Shown: one piece after another, positions 29,383-38,452 of the stretch
How the letters are laid out: each line of letters starts with the position of its first letter
Position numbering within the stretch: position 1 is the stretch's first letter
Assembly (NCBI GenBank): GCA_963665845.2
Contig: OY762492.1
Coordinates: 2,784,001 to 2,848,000 of the forward strand
DNA length: 64,000 nt
Origin: Candidatus Poribacteria bacterium
GTDB taxonomy: Bacteria > Poribacteria > WGA-4E > GCA-2687025
Reading direction: 5' to 3'
Made by a program: the position numbers and the translations under genes
The notes under the pieces: model-generated
What the model was told of the DNA's origin: nothing
Database searches by the model: none
The model's input: only the letters and a program-made list of their open reading frames with translations

Positions 29383-32300
29383 ATGATGAAATCGTACACT
29401 GCAGTTGCGCTTACGGCGTTGACGCTGGTCGGCGCTGCCGCTCCTTCTCAAATAACGCCTGTCGCCACATACGGCGAAGGTCGGTCGTTCGGCGGCAGTT
29501 TTGCCCTGCATGAGATCGTCCTAGGCGACGCAAAGCCGCAGCTGAAGGCGATTCAGGAGGCGGCGCTCGCGGCGTATCATACGCTCATTTCAGAAGCGCC
29601 CGATTCTAAATATCCGAAAACGGCGCCGGTTACGCTCATCACGGCAGGCGCCAATATCGGCGATGTCCAGATCGACCGCGAGAAAACGGCGGAATATCTA
29701 GAAAACGGCGGCATGCTCATCATCGACTGCCGCGATCAGAAGGCAAGTGAAAAGATGCGCGGATGGCTTCAAAGCGTCGTCCCAAACCGCCCGCTCGTCC
29801 GCGTCCAGTTCGACACAGCCGTCGGGGAATGGATACACCATGTGGACAAACGCTTCATCGACTCGCCCCGTCGTCATCACATGACCCAAACCTCCGCAGA
29901 TGTCATTAAGGCGGACGGAAAGATACGCGCGGCGGTCTTCCAGAGCGGCGGGCATGGCTTTATGGCGGAGACGCTGGCTATATCGGCGGCTCTGCGGTCG
30001 CCTCATCGGCGCGTTTTGCCGGCGCCGCCCGTGCAGGTGTCGGCGAAGCGGTCCAAAAACCATCTGATTGTTGAAGCGACGGTTCCTGACGGAACAAAAT
30101 ATGTGAATCGAATGCGCGCCGTCCTGTACGGCGTGGACGGCAAGGAGCTGGCGCGCGGATCAAAGGCGGCAAAACGGGCGGGCGGGTCTTGGACGCTGCG
30201 CCTCAAAGCGTCCATCAAGGACAAGCCGTTTCAACCGAACATGCTCTGGGCGCGCGTGGAGGGAATGGGACCGGCGCCGTATCGCGGCACATTTGCCATG
30301 TCGGAGCTGATCGGATCGATTCGGGCGGAGCTGAAAGGTCAAACGACATGGATCGCCGGCAGTCCGGCGGAGGCGCGCGTCTTCGTGAAAGACAATCAAG
30401 AAAGCCCGTATGAGAACGCGAATGTGTCCGCCGAGGCGTCGCAGAACGGCAAAACGCTTGCGGAAGCGAAGGCGACGACCGGCGCGGACGGATCGGCGCG
30501 TTTGCGGTTTGAGCTGCCGGAAGACGCGCAGGGGGATGTTCAGCTGCGCGTTCTCGTCCGGACAGAGAGGGGGGACGAGGAGCTGACCTCGGAGATGCGC
30601 ATCGAGGCGCGGCAGAAGATCATGTTGACGATGGACAAGCCGACCTATCAGCCGGGTCAACGAATGCGCCTGCGGGCGTTGTCGCTGCGCGCGGGCGACC
30701 TTCAGGCGCAGGGCGGCGGCTCCGTCGTTTTTGAGGTGGAGGATTCGAAGGGGAATAAGGTTTTCAAGCGCGAGGCGGAACGCAACGAGTTCGGCGTCGC
30801 GTCAGCGGAGTTTCAGCTCGCAAGCGAGGTGAACATGGGAACCTACACGGTTCGCGTCATCTCGGACGGTCAGACGGAGGAGAAGTCGGCGTCGGTTGAA
30901 CGGTATGCGCTGCCGAAGTTCAAGGCGAAGCCGACGCTGGAGCGCGCGTACTACCGCCCCGGCGAGACCGTTTCTGGAACGGTGCAGGCGGACTATTTCT
31001 TCGGAAAGCCGGTGTCGGAAGCGACCGTCAAAATCGCCGCCTCCAAGTTCGACACGGGCTGGGACGAGTTTGCAACGTTTGAAGGCAAAACGGACGAATC
31101 GGGCGCATGCGAGTTTGAAATGCAGCTGCCGAAGCTGTTTGCGGGTCTGCCGTTGGAGCAGGGCGACAGCTTCGCCCTCTTTTCGGTGACCGTAACGGAT
31201 GGAGCGGGGCAGTCTGAATCGACATCGGTATCGGCGCCGGTTGTGGAGACGCCGTTGAGCGCCGTTCTTCTGCCCGAAAGCGGGCGGTTGATTCCGAATG
31301 TTGAAAATGAGATTTACGCCGTGATCTCCTACCCTGACGGATCGCCGGCGGAGCGGGTGAAAGCGTCGTTGACTCTCGGCGGCGACACCAAAACGGCGGA
31401 GACCGACAGCATGGGTTCCGCCCTGTTTCGCTTAACGCCAAACGAAGCGGCGGAGGCGCGCCTTGAAGCGAAAGACGCGGCGGGAAACGCCCTTTCAAGA
31501 ACGATCAACCTTGAGACGGAAACGGACGCGCTGCTGCTTCGACCCAATCAAGCGCTTCTCAAGGCGGGCGATCGGCTGGAGATGACCGTCTTTTCGCCGG
31601 ACAAAACGGGCTGGGTTTATGTGGACGCGATACGGGAAGGGCAGACGATCTACGCTACGGCGGCGGAGCTGAAAGGAGGACGCGCCCAGGCGGCGATGCC
31701 GGTCGGCCCGGGCGATTTCGGCTCCTTGACGCTCCACGCCTACCAGACCTTTCCAGACGGACAGATACGCCGCGACACCCGCCGCGTCTTTGCGTCCCCG
31801 GCGGACGACCTGACGATCGAGATTCGCCCTGATCAGAACGTCTATCTGCCGGGCGAGGAGGCGCAGATCGATTTTCAGGTCAAGAACCGAGAAGGCAGCC
31901 CCGTCTTCGCCGCGCTGGGCGTTCAGATGGTGGACGAGGCGGTGTTCGCGCGGGTGGAGGCGCAGCCGGGGTTTGAGCGGGTCTTCTTTTTACTGGAAAA
32001 AGAGCTGTTGACGCCGCGCGTTCAGATAACCGAGCTGCAGCCGGAATTGATTGCCGGACCCATGCCGCGGAAGGCTGCGGCGCCCAACGGCGCGCAGAGG
32101 CGCGAACAAGCGGCGCGCCTGCTGTTCGCCGCGGCCGACACGGCGCACCCTGAATACACGTTGACGAAGCAATCGACAAGCCATACGCCCGAAGGAATTC
32201 AGGAGGCGCTGCGCCCCATCGCCGAGAACGGATTTGAACGTTTCAAGGAAGCGGTCGCAAAAGCGGCGGAGAAACTGAAAGCCGACGGCGCCACCGTCGT

Positions 32301-34866
32301 CTCGATGGCGGAGCTGATAGAAGGCGGACATCTGCCCGAGGAGGCGCTGATCGATCCATGGGGCAACCGCTTAACGCTGCGATACGATGACTGGAGCCAT
32401 TACAGGTACATCGTGAGCCTTGGACCGGACGGCCGCTTAGGAACGGAAGACGACGTTTGGCTATGGATGGACACTTCCCGCAACAATTTCAGCGGCGAAT
32501 TGATGCGCGAAGATCTCGGAATGAGAGTCATGACGCAATCGGCGGTAACGGGCGGCGCCATGTTGGGTCGAGGCTCGGTGCGCCGTTCAGCGCGGCTTAT
32601 GGAAAGAGCCGCGCTCGAATCGCGCGCCCCTGCGCGCCCCCCAGTGGCTCTTCAAAGGAGGATGAAATACTCGAAGCTTGAATTGGAGGCTGTATTAGAA
32701 ACAGACGCTGCGGCGGCTCCGGCGGACAGCGCGGCGCCTCCCCGTCTGCGCGAGTATTTCCCCGAAACGCTGTTTGTCATGCCGTCGCTCTTGACCGACG
32801 AAAAAGGGCATGCGCAGCTGAACGTCCCGCTCGCCGACTCGATCACCACATGGCAGCTGGCGGCGTCCGCCTCCACCAAAGGCGGTCTGCTGGGCAGCGC
32901 GTCGGCGGGCGTGCGCGTCTTCCAGGACTTCTTCATCGACATCGATCTCCCGTCCAAACTGACGCAGGGGGACGAGGTGAGCATGCCGATCGCGCTTTAC
33001 AACTACCTTGAAACGCCGCAGACGATACGGCTGGAGATCGACGAGGCGGACTGGTTCGAGCCGTTGAGCGGCTTGGAGATGAGCGCCGATCTGCAGCCGG
33101 GCGAAGTGACGGTCAGGTATTTCCGCGTCAAGGCGGAGAAGCATGGGCGGCATGCGTTCACCGCGCGCGCCTACGGCTCCTCCAAGAGCGACGCGGTGCG
33201 CCGAGACCTGCAGGTTACGCCGAACGGACGGAGGTTTGAGCTGACGATGAACGGGCGGCTCGGACCTGAAGCGGCGAAGCGGACGGCGCAGATACCCGCC
33301 TCCGCCGTCCCAGGCGCAAGCCAGCTGTTTTTGAAGGTCTACCCCGGCGCCTTTAGTCAGCTTGCGGACGGGCTGGACGCGATCCTGCGCATGCCGAGCG
33401 GCTGTTTTGAACAGACCAGCTCCTCCACCTACCCGAACATCCTCGCGCTGGACTATATGCGCGAGACGAAGCAGATCTCCCCAGAAATACAGCTGAAGGC
33501 GGAGCAGTACATCAACCTCGGCTACCAGCGCCTGCTCTCGTTTGAGGTGGATGGCGGCGGGTTTTCCTGGTTTGGAAATGCGCCCGCCAACAAGATCTTG
33601 ACGGCGTACGGGCTGATGGAGTTTGCCGACATGTCGCGCGTCCATGAGGTGGACCCCGCGCTCATCAAGCGGACGCAGGAATGGCTCGTTTCAACGCAGC
33701 GCGGAGACGGCTCATGGGCGCCGGACGAGGGGTATCTGCATCGGGGCGTATGGGGGCGCATTCAGTCGAGCGAACTGCTGCCGACCGCGTATATCGTCTG
33801 GGCGTTGGCGTCCAGCGGCTACGAAGGCGAACCGCTGACGAAGGGCGTCGACTATCTGAAGACGCATTGGAAAGCCGCCGAGGATCCGTATATGCTCTCG
33901 ATGGTCTGCAACGCGCTGGTGAACGCGGCGCCGAAAGATTCCGCCGCGGACGATGCGATGGCGCGTCTGGTATCGATGGCGAAGCGCGGCGGCGACGGCT
34001 CCTACTGGGCAAGCGGAATGCAGACGATGACCTACGCCCGCGAGGATGCCGCCAACCTTGAGGCGACCGGCTTGGCGGCGCTGGCGCTCCTGCAGTGGCG
34101 GCGCGATCCGATGTTGACCGAGCGCGCCTTGACCTATCTGATGTCGATGCGCGACCCGCGCGGCACATGGCACACGACGCAGGCGACCGTCCTGGCGCTG
34201 AAGGCGCTGCTGAAGGGATCGTCCGGCGCGGTCGGCGAGGCGGACGGAACCGTGACGGCGCTCCTGAACGGGCGCGAGATTGGAAAGATACAGATCGCGC
34301 CGGAGAACAGCGACGTCGCGCATCTGCTCGCCCTGTCGGACGGAAACGGCGGACTGAAATCTGGAACGCATGAGGTGGAGATTCGCATGGACGGGACGGG
34401 CAAGCCCGCGTTTCAGATATTCGGTCGCTACTATATGCCGTGGGGAAATCAGCCGCAAATAGCGCCGCCGCTGCCGGCGTTCGATGTGTCCGTTTCGTAT
34501 GACAGGTCCCGTTTGGTGAAGGATGAGACGGTCAAGGCAACTTGCGTTTTCCGCAACCCGCAGGACATGGACGCGAAGATGGTTGTCATTGACCTGGGCA
34601 TTCCGCCGGGCTTTGCGGTTCAGCCCGCCGATTTTGAGCGTCTGGTGACGGAGCGGGTCGTTCAGAAGTTTGAGATCGCGCCTCGACAAGTCATCCTGTA
34701 TTTTGACGAGGTCCGCGCCCGTCAGACGGTCGAGTTTGAGTACAGCCTTCGGGCAAAGTTCCCGCTGCGCGCTCAAACGGGGGAGTCGAAGGCGTATGAG
34801 TATTACAACCCGCAGCGCGTCGCCTACTCCGAACCTGTAGAGGTGAACGTGACGCAGGAGCGTTGA
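29383..34866 (+). CDS. Bacterial alpha-2-macroglobulin with extra domains
   Basis: Signal peptide; DKPTYQPG, ERYALPKF, VDEAV, REYFPETL, LADSITTW, thioester MPSGCFEQ, receptor-binding-like C-terminus YEYYNP. Confidence 0.95.
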   Translation: MMKSYTAVALTALTLVGAAAPSQITPVATYGEGRSFGGSFALHEIVLGDAKPQLKAIQEAALAAYHTLISEAPDSKYPKTAPVTLITAGANIGDVQIDREKTAEYLENGGMLIIDCRDQKASEKMRGWLQSVVPNRPLVRVQFDTAVGEWIHHVDKRFIDSPRRHHMTQTSADVIKADGKIRAAVFQSGGHGFMAETLAISAALRSPHRRVLPAPPVQVSAKRSKNHLIVEATVPDGTKYVNRMRAVLYGVDGKELARGSKAAKRAGGSWTLRLKASIKDKPFQPNMLWARVEGMGPAPYRGTFAMSELIGSIRAELKGQTTWIAGSPAEARVFVKDNQESPYENANVSAEASQNGKTLAEAKATTGADGSARLRFELPEDAQGDVQLRVLVRTERGDEELTSEMRIEARQKIMLTMDKPTYQPGQRMRLRALSLRAGDLQAQGGGSVVFEVEDSKGNKVFKREAERNEFGVASAEFQLASEVNMGTYTVRVISDGQTEEKSASVERYALPKFKAKPTLERAYYRPGETVSGTVQADYFFGKPVSEATVKIAASKFDTGWDEFATFEGKTDESGACEFEMQLPKLFAGLPLEQGDSFALFSVTVTDGAGQSESTSVSAPVVETPLSAVLLPESGRLIPNVENEIYAVISYPDGSPAERVKASLTLGGDTKTAETDSMGSALFRLTPNEAAEARLEAKDAAGNALSRTINLETETDALLLRPNQALLKAGDRLEMTVFSPDKTGWVYVDAIREGQTIYATAAELKGGRAQAAMPVGPGDFGSLTLHAYQTFPDGQIRRDTRRVFASPADDLTIEIRPDQNVYLPGEEAQIDFQVKNREGSPVFAALGVQMVDEAVFARVEAQPGFERVFFLLEKELLTPRVQITELQPELIAGPMPRKAAAPNGAQRREQAARLLFAAADTAHPEYTLTKQSTSHTPEGIQEALRPIAENGFERFKEAVAKAAEKLKADGATVVSMAELIEGGHLPEEALIDPWGNRLTLRYDDWSHYRYIVSLGPDGRLGTEDDVWLWMDTSRNNFSGELMREDLGMRVMTQSAVTGGAMLGRGSVRRSARLMERAALESRAPARPPVALQRRMKYSKLELEAVLETDAAAAPADSAAPPRLREYFPETLFVMPSLLTDEKGHAQLNVPLADSITTWQLAASASTKGGLLGSASAGVRVFQDFFIDIDLPSKLTQGDEVSMPIALYNYLETPQTIRLEIDEADWFEPLSGLEMSADLQPGEVTVRYFRVKAEKHGRHAFTARAYGSSKSDAVRRDLQVTPNGRRFELTMNGRLGPEAAKRTAQIPASAVPGASQLFLKVYPGAFSQLADGLDAILRMPSGCFEQTSSSTYPNILALDYMRETKQISPEIQLKAEQYINLGYQRLLSFEVDGGGFSWFGNAPANKILTAYGLMEFADMSRVHEVDPALIKRTQEWLVSTQRGDGSWAPDEGYLHRGVWGRIQSSELLPTAYIVWALASSGYEGEPLTKGVDYLKTHWKAAEDPYMLSMVCNALVNAAPKDSAADDAMARLVSMAKRGGDGSYWASGMQTMTYAREDAANLEATGLAALALLQWRRDPMLTERALTYLMSMRDPRGTWHTTQATVLALKALLKGSSGAVGEADGTVTALLNGREIGKIQIAPENSDVAHLLALSDGNGGLKSGTHEVEIRMDGTGKPAFQIFGRYYMPWGNQPQIAPPLPAFDVSVSYDRSRLVKDETVKATCVFRNPQDMDAKMVVIDLGIPPGFAVQPADFERLVTERVVQKFEIAPRQVILYFDEVRARQTVEFEYSLRAKFPLRAQTGESKAYEYYNPQRVAYSEPVEVNVTQER

Positions 34867-34901
34867 CGGAGGATGCGGGGGCGCCCGAAGCCGTCAAGGC
34901 C

Positions 34902-35140
34902 GTCATTCCCGCGTAAGCGGGAATCCAGAGGCGCCGCCGGGCGCCTGCGTTCACCCCAAGCGTCCGGCGGCCATCTCGTCATTCCCGCGCAAGCGGGAAT
35001 CCAGAGGCGCCGCCGGACGACCGCGTTCACCCCAAGCGTCCGGCGGCCATCTCGTCATTCCCGCGCAAGCGGGAATCCAGAGGCGCCGCCGGACGACCGC
35101 GTTCACCCCAAGCGTCCGGCGGCCATCTCGTCATTCCCGC
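34902..35140. repeat. Three 76-bp tandem units, each with a family A palindrome
   Basis: gtcattccc starts at 34902, 34978, 35054 and 35130; linkers nearly identical. Confidence 0.92.
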
Positions 35141-35152
35141 GCCCCTCTCCCC

Positions 35153-35635
35153 GTCATTCCCGCGTAAGCGGGAATCTTAGACCGCGCCGCTGTTGTCGCC
35201 TGAACTAGGATTGCCAAGATGGAAAAGATTGCCAAGAGAATTCCCGTGAGCGGCGCTCTTGGCAATCTTGCTAATCCTTCAATCCTAGTTCAAACCTAGC
35301 GCAACCCGCGCGCTCAAAACCCCCCTAGCCCCCCTTTTCAAGGGGGGAACGACCTGCGCTCCCGCGCCCCCATCTCGTCATTCCCGCGTAAGCGGGAATC
35401 TTAGACCGCGCCGCTGTTGTCGTCTGAACTAGGATTGCCAAGATGGAAAAGATTGCCAAGAAAGTTTCCGTGAGCGGCGCTCTTGGCAATCTTACTAATC
35501 CTTCAATCCTAGTTCAAACCTAGCGCAACCCGCGCGCTCAAAACCCCCTGGTTCCCCCTTTTTCAAGGGGGAATCGGACGCGGGCCGCCCGCGCCTTAAA
35601 CCCCCCTAGCCCCCCTTTTCAAGGGGGGAATCGGA
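35153..35635. repeat. Two A-C-B composite modules (224-bp period) plus an extra B
   Basis: A at 35153 and 35377; 92-bp C at 35201-35292 and 35425-35516; B follows each. Confidence 0.9.
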
Positions 35636-35655
35636 CGCGCGCCCATCACGTCGCC

Positions 35656-36600
35656 TTACGGAGCGAGGGCGCGGATATTGTCTTCCGCTTCCCAATGTAT
35701 CGACCATTTTTTGCCGCCGTCTTGGGACATGTAAAGCGTCTTGCCGACCGCAACCCAGGCGGCGCCGTCCGAACTGAACGCGACCCGCTTCGTGTCGATG
35801 TTCTGATCGACGGAGGCGGGGAACCCGTTGACGACATGTACCCAGTCGGCGCCGGCGTTCTCGGATCGGAAGAGCCGCCCGTTTCCGCCGCGCGGTCCGT
35901 CGCTGACGCTCGCCAACACAAGGTCGGGGTTCTCTGGATGAACGGCGACGGCGCGTCCATACCGCGCGGGAAGTCCCTCCCGCCGGTGCGTCCATGTTGC
36001 GCCTCGATTGTCGCTCACATAGACGGCGTTCGCCGTGTTCGCGTAGACGCGGTCGGGGTTCGCCTTGGACACCGCCACCTCATGGACATCGGGATGCAGG
36101 CTCGGTTCGACAGGCTCCCATGTGGCGCCGAAATCGATGGAACGCATGATGCTGCCGACATGGATGTCCGCATATACCGTTCCATCCAGCGTGACAGCGA
36201 AGCGGCGGACGGCGGGAGGTCCTCCCCATGGGGTGTACCATTTTTTTCGCGCCTCTAGGTTGTCGAAATCGACGTTTCGGACGGCGGGTCCGTCGGCGCC
36301 GTTGAGCGCATAGACGAAGGCGCTGTCGTCTGTTCCGATGAGCAGCGCCGGCGCCTCGCCGTTTGGGACAAACGCGAACGCCGCCGTTTCCTCCTGGACG
36401 CCTGTTTTGACGCGCGTCCAGCTGTCCCCATTCTTTGCGTCGGTACGGCGTATGAGAACGGCGCCGCCCTCAAGCGCAACCGCTTCATGGATCTCGTGCC
36501 GGGCGACGGCTTCGACCGTTTCGCCTTCAAAAACAACGGCGGGCGCGGCCGCCCCCGCTGTGTCCAGCGAGAGGGCGGCTGCGGAAAGAGCGATCAACAT
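35656..36600 (-). CDS. Secreted BNR/Asp-box beta-propeller protein
   Basis: Asp-boxes RSIDFGATW, SDNRGATW, RSENAGADW, SQDGGKKW; WYTPWGGPPAVR. Confidence 0.82.
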   Translation of the reverse strand: MLIALSAAALSLDTAGAAAPAVVFEGETVEAVARHEIHEAVALEGGAVLIRRTDAKNGDSWTRVKTGVQEETAAFAFVPNGEAPALLIGTDDSAFVYALNGADGPAVRNVDFDNLEARKKWYTPWGGPPAVRRFAVTLDGTVYADIHVGSIMRSIDFGATWEPVEPSLHPDVHEVAVSKANPDRVYANTANAVYVSDNRGATWTHRREGLPARYGRAVAVHPENPDLVLASVSDGPRGGNGRLFRSENAGADWVHVVNGFPASVDQNIDTKRVAFSSDGAAWVAVGKTLYMSQDGGKKWSIHWEAEDNIRALAP

Positions 36601-36615
36601 GGAACTGCCTTTCGT

Positions 36616-37992
36616 TTAGAAGTTGTAGCCCGTTTCGCCATGCTCAACCTGGTCAAGTCCGATCTGCTCCTGCTCTTCTTCGACGCGGAAGCCGATGATC
36701 GCGTCCAGCGCCTTGACGATGATGAACGTGACGACAGCGGCGTAAGCGGCCGCAGCGGCAACGCCGATGGCCTGCGACAAAAGCTGTTTGACGCCGTCAG
36801 AGCCGGCGATCAACCCAGTAGCGCCGACGGTCGCAAAGATGCCGGTGGCGATGGCGCCCCATGCGCCGCCGAAGCCGTGGATGCCCATGACATCCAGCGA
36901 GTCGTCGTATTTGAGACGACCTTTGAGCAGGACGCCGCCGTAGCAGATGAATCCTGCGCCGAAGCCGATGACCATCGCCGCCCACGGTTCAACAAAACCG
37001 GCGGCGGGCGTGACTCCGACAAGGCCGGCGACGATGCCGGACGCCGCCCCAAGAGCGGACGCTCTGCCGGTGTGGATGCGTTCGATGATGAGCCAGCCAA
37101 GAGCGCCGCATGCCGCGGCAATCTGCGTCGTTGTGAAGGCGAGGCCGGCGACGGCGTTGGAGGCGAGGGCGCTGCCGGCGTTGAAGCCGAACCAGCCGAA
37201 CCAGAGCAAACCGGCGCCGAGAAGCGTCATCGTCAGGTTATGCGGAAGCATTTCGCCGCTGGGCCAACCGCGCCGCGTTCCGATGATCAGAACGACAATG
37301 AGAGCCGAGATGCCGGAGGAAAGATGAACGACCGTCCCGCCGGCGAAGTCGAGCGGCGCCGTATCCAAGCTGGCAAGCAAGCCGCCGCCCCAGACCCAGT
37401 GCGCCAGCGGGCAGTACACCAGCAGGCTCCACAGGGCGATGAACCAGATGTAGGCGCCGAATTTGACCCGCTCGGCGATGGCGCCCGCAATCAGCGCCGG
37501 CGTGATGATGGCGAACATGCCTTGGAAAATCATGAAGACCAGCTCGGGATAAGCGCTGTCGTCCGCTAGAGCTTCGTAGTCAACGCTTAGCAAGAGCAGC
37601 TTATCCAGCGGGTTGCCGATAAAGCCGCCGAGGGTGTTGCCGAACGCCAGCGAGTAGCCGACGACCGCCCACAAAACGCCGATGACGCCGAGGGCGGCGA
37701 ACGAGTGCATCATGGAGCTGAGTACATTCTTGCGCCGCACCATGCCCGCGTAAAAGAGCGCGAGGCCGGGCAACATGAGCAGGACGAGCGCGGAGGAGGT
37801 GAGCATCCATGCGGTGTCGCCGCTGTCGAGAGCGGCGGCCGCGTCGGCGCCTTCATCCGCTTGCGCCTCGGCGGTTTCGGTGGGCATCGCCTCTTGGGCG
37901 ACTGTTGGAGCGGATACTGCCGCGAAGAGCAGAAGCGCCGCGGCAAAGAGAATCAGGTATCGATTTTTAAATGAGCATCGCAGATGAAACAT
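36616..37992 (-). CDS. amtB: Ammonium transporter
   Basis: GDTAWMLTSSALVLLM.PGLALFYAG, FQGMFA, AHWVWGGG, DFAGGTVVH, LWFGWFGFNAGS, DDSLDV..IHG, HGE. Confidence 0.97.
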   Translation of the reverse strand: MFHLRCSFKNRYLILFAAALLLFAAVSAPTVAQEAMPTETAEAQADEGADAAAALDSGDTAWMLTSSALVLLMLPGLALFYAGMVRRKNVLSSMMHSFAALGVIGVLWAVVGYSLAFGNTLGGFIGNPLDKLLLLSVDYEALADDSAYPELVFMIFQGMFAIITPALIAGAIAERVKFGAYIWFIALWSLLVYCPLAHWVWGGGLLASLDTAPLDFAGGTVVHLSSGISALIVVLIIGTRRGWPSGEMLPHNLTMTLLGAGLLWFGWFGFNAGSALASNAVAGLAFTTTQIAAACGALGWLIIERIHTGRASALGAASGIVAGLVGVTPAAGFVEPWAAMVIGFGAGFICYGGVLLKGRLKYDDSLDVMGIHGFGGAWGAIATGIFATVGATGLIAGSDGVKQLLSQAIGVAAAAAYAAVVTFIIVKALDAIIGFRVEEEQEQIGLDQVEHGETGYNF

Positions 37993-38029
37993 AACGATAT
38001 CGCCTTCCTGCGTGATTTATGGATTACTA

Positions 38030-38058
38030 CGTATATCATGGACGGCGGGGCGGGTCAA
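38030..38058 (-). promoter_or_regulatory. Possible sigma70 promoter for amtB
   Basis: TTGACC, 17 nt spacer, TG-n-TATACG on the minus strand. Confidence 0.35.
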
Positions 38059-38068
38059 TCAACCATCT

Positions 38069-38363
38069 CTGACCTCATGCTGAAAGCTGGGACATTTGAA
38101 CCGACAATCGCTTTATTTATGGATAAAAGCGCCGGCAACCAAGCCGTCCCCCGCTTCCGCGAGGGCATGCATTCCCGCGCAAGCGGGAATCTAGAGGCGA
38201 CACAGCAGCTGTCCGCGCCTTAAACCCCGCCTACCCCCCCTTTTCAAGGGGGAATCGGACGCGCGCCCATGTCGTCATTCCCGCGTAAGCGGGAATCTAG
38301 AGGCGCCGCAGAAACCGTCCGCGTTCGCCCGCCGCCATGTCCCAACTATAGACGTAAGGTCAG
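38069..38363. mobile_element. Family D MITE-like element carrying nested A-B-A repeats
   Basis: ctgacctcatgctgaaagctgggaca ... tgtcccaactatagacgtaaggtcag; the first 130 bp match the 4379 copy. Confidence 0.7.
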
Positions 38364-38452
38364 CGATGCGTCTTGCGTCAGCCTTCGAGCGGCTGTATCA
38401 TGACGAGAATCGCATCCGCCGCGCATGGTTTTCATTTCATAAAAAAGGAGAC

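Noticed and set aside
34902-35140. Possible CRISPR array (palindromic repeat at regular 76-bp spacing)
   Set aside because: The spacers are nearly identical to each other, the repeat is the dispersed family A, and no cas genes are present.
34691-35208. Small ORFs containing WIPAYAGMT / SFPRKRES peptides (also near 4354, 23470, 37984, 44065)
   Set aside because: Translations of the family A repeat, not genes.
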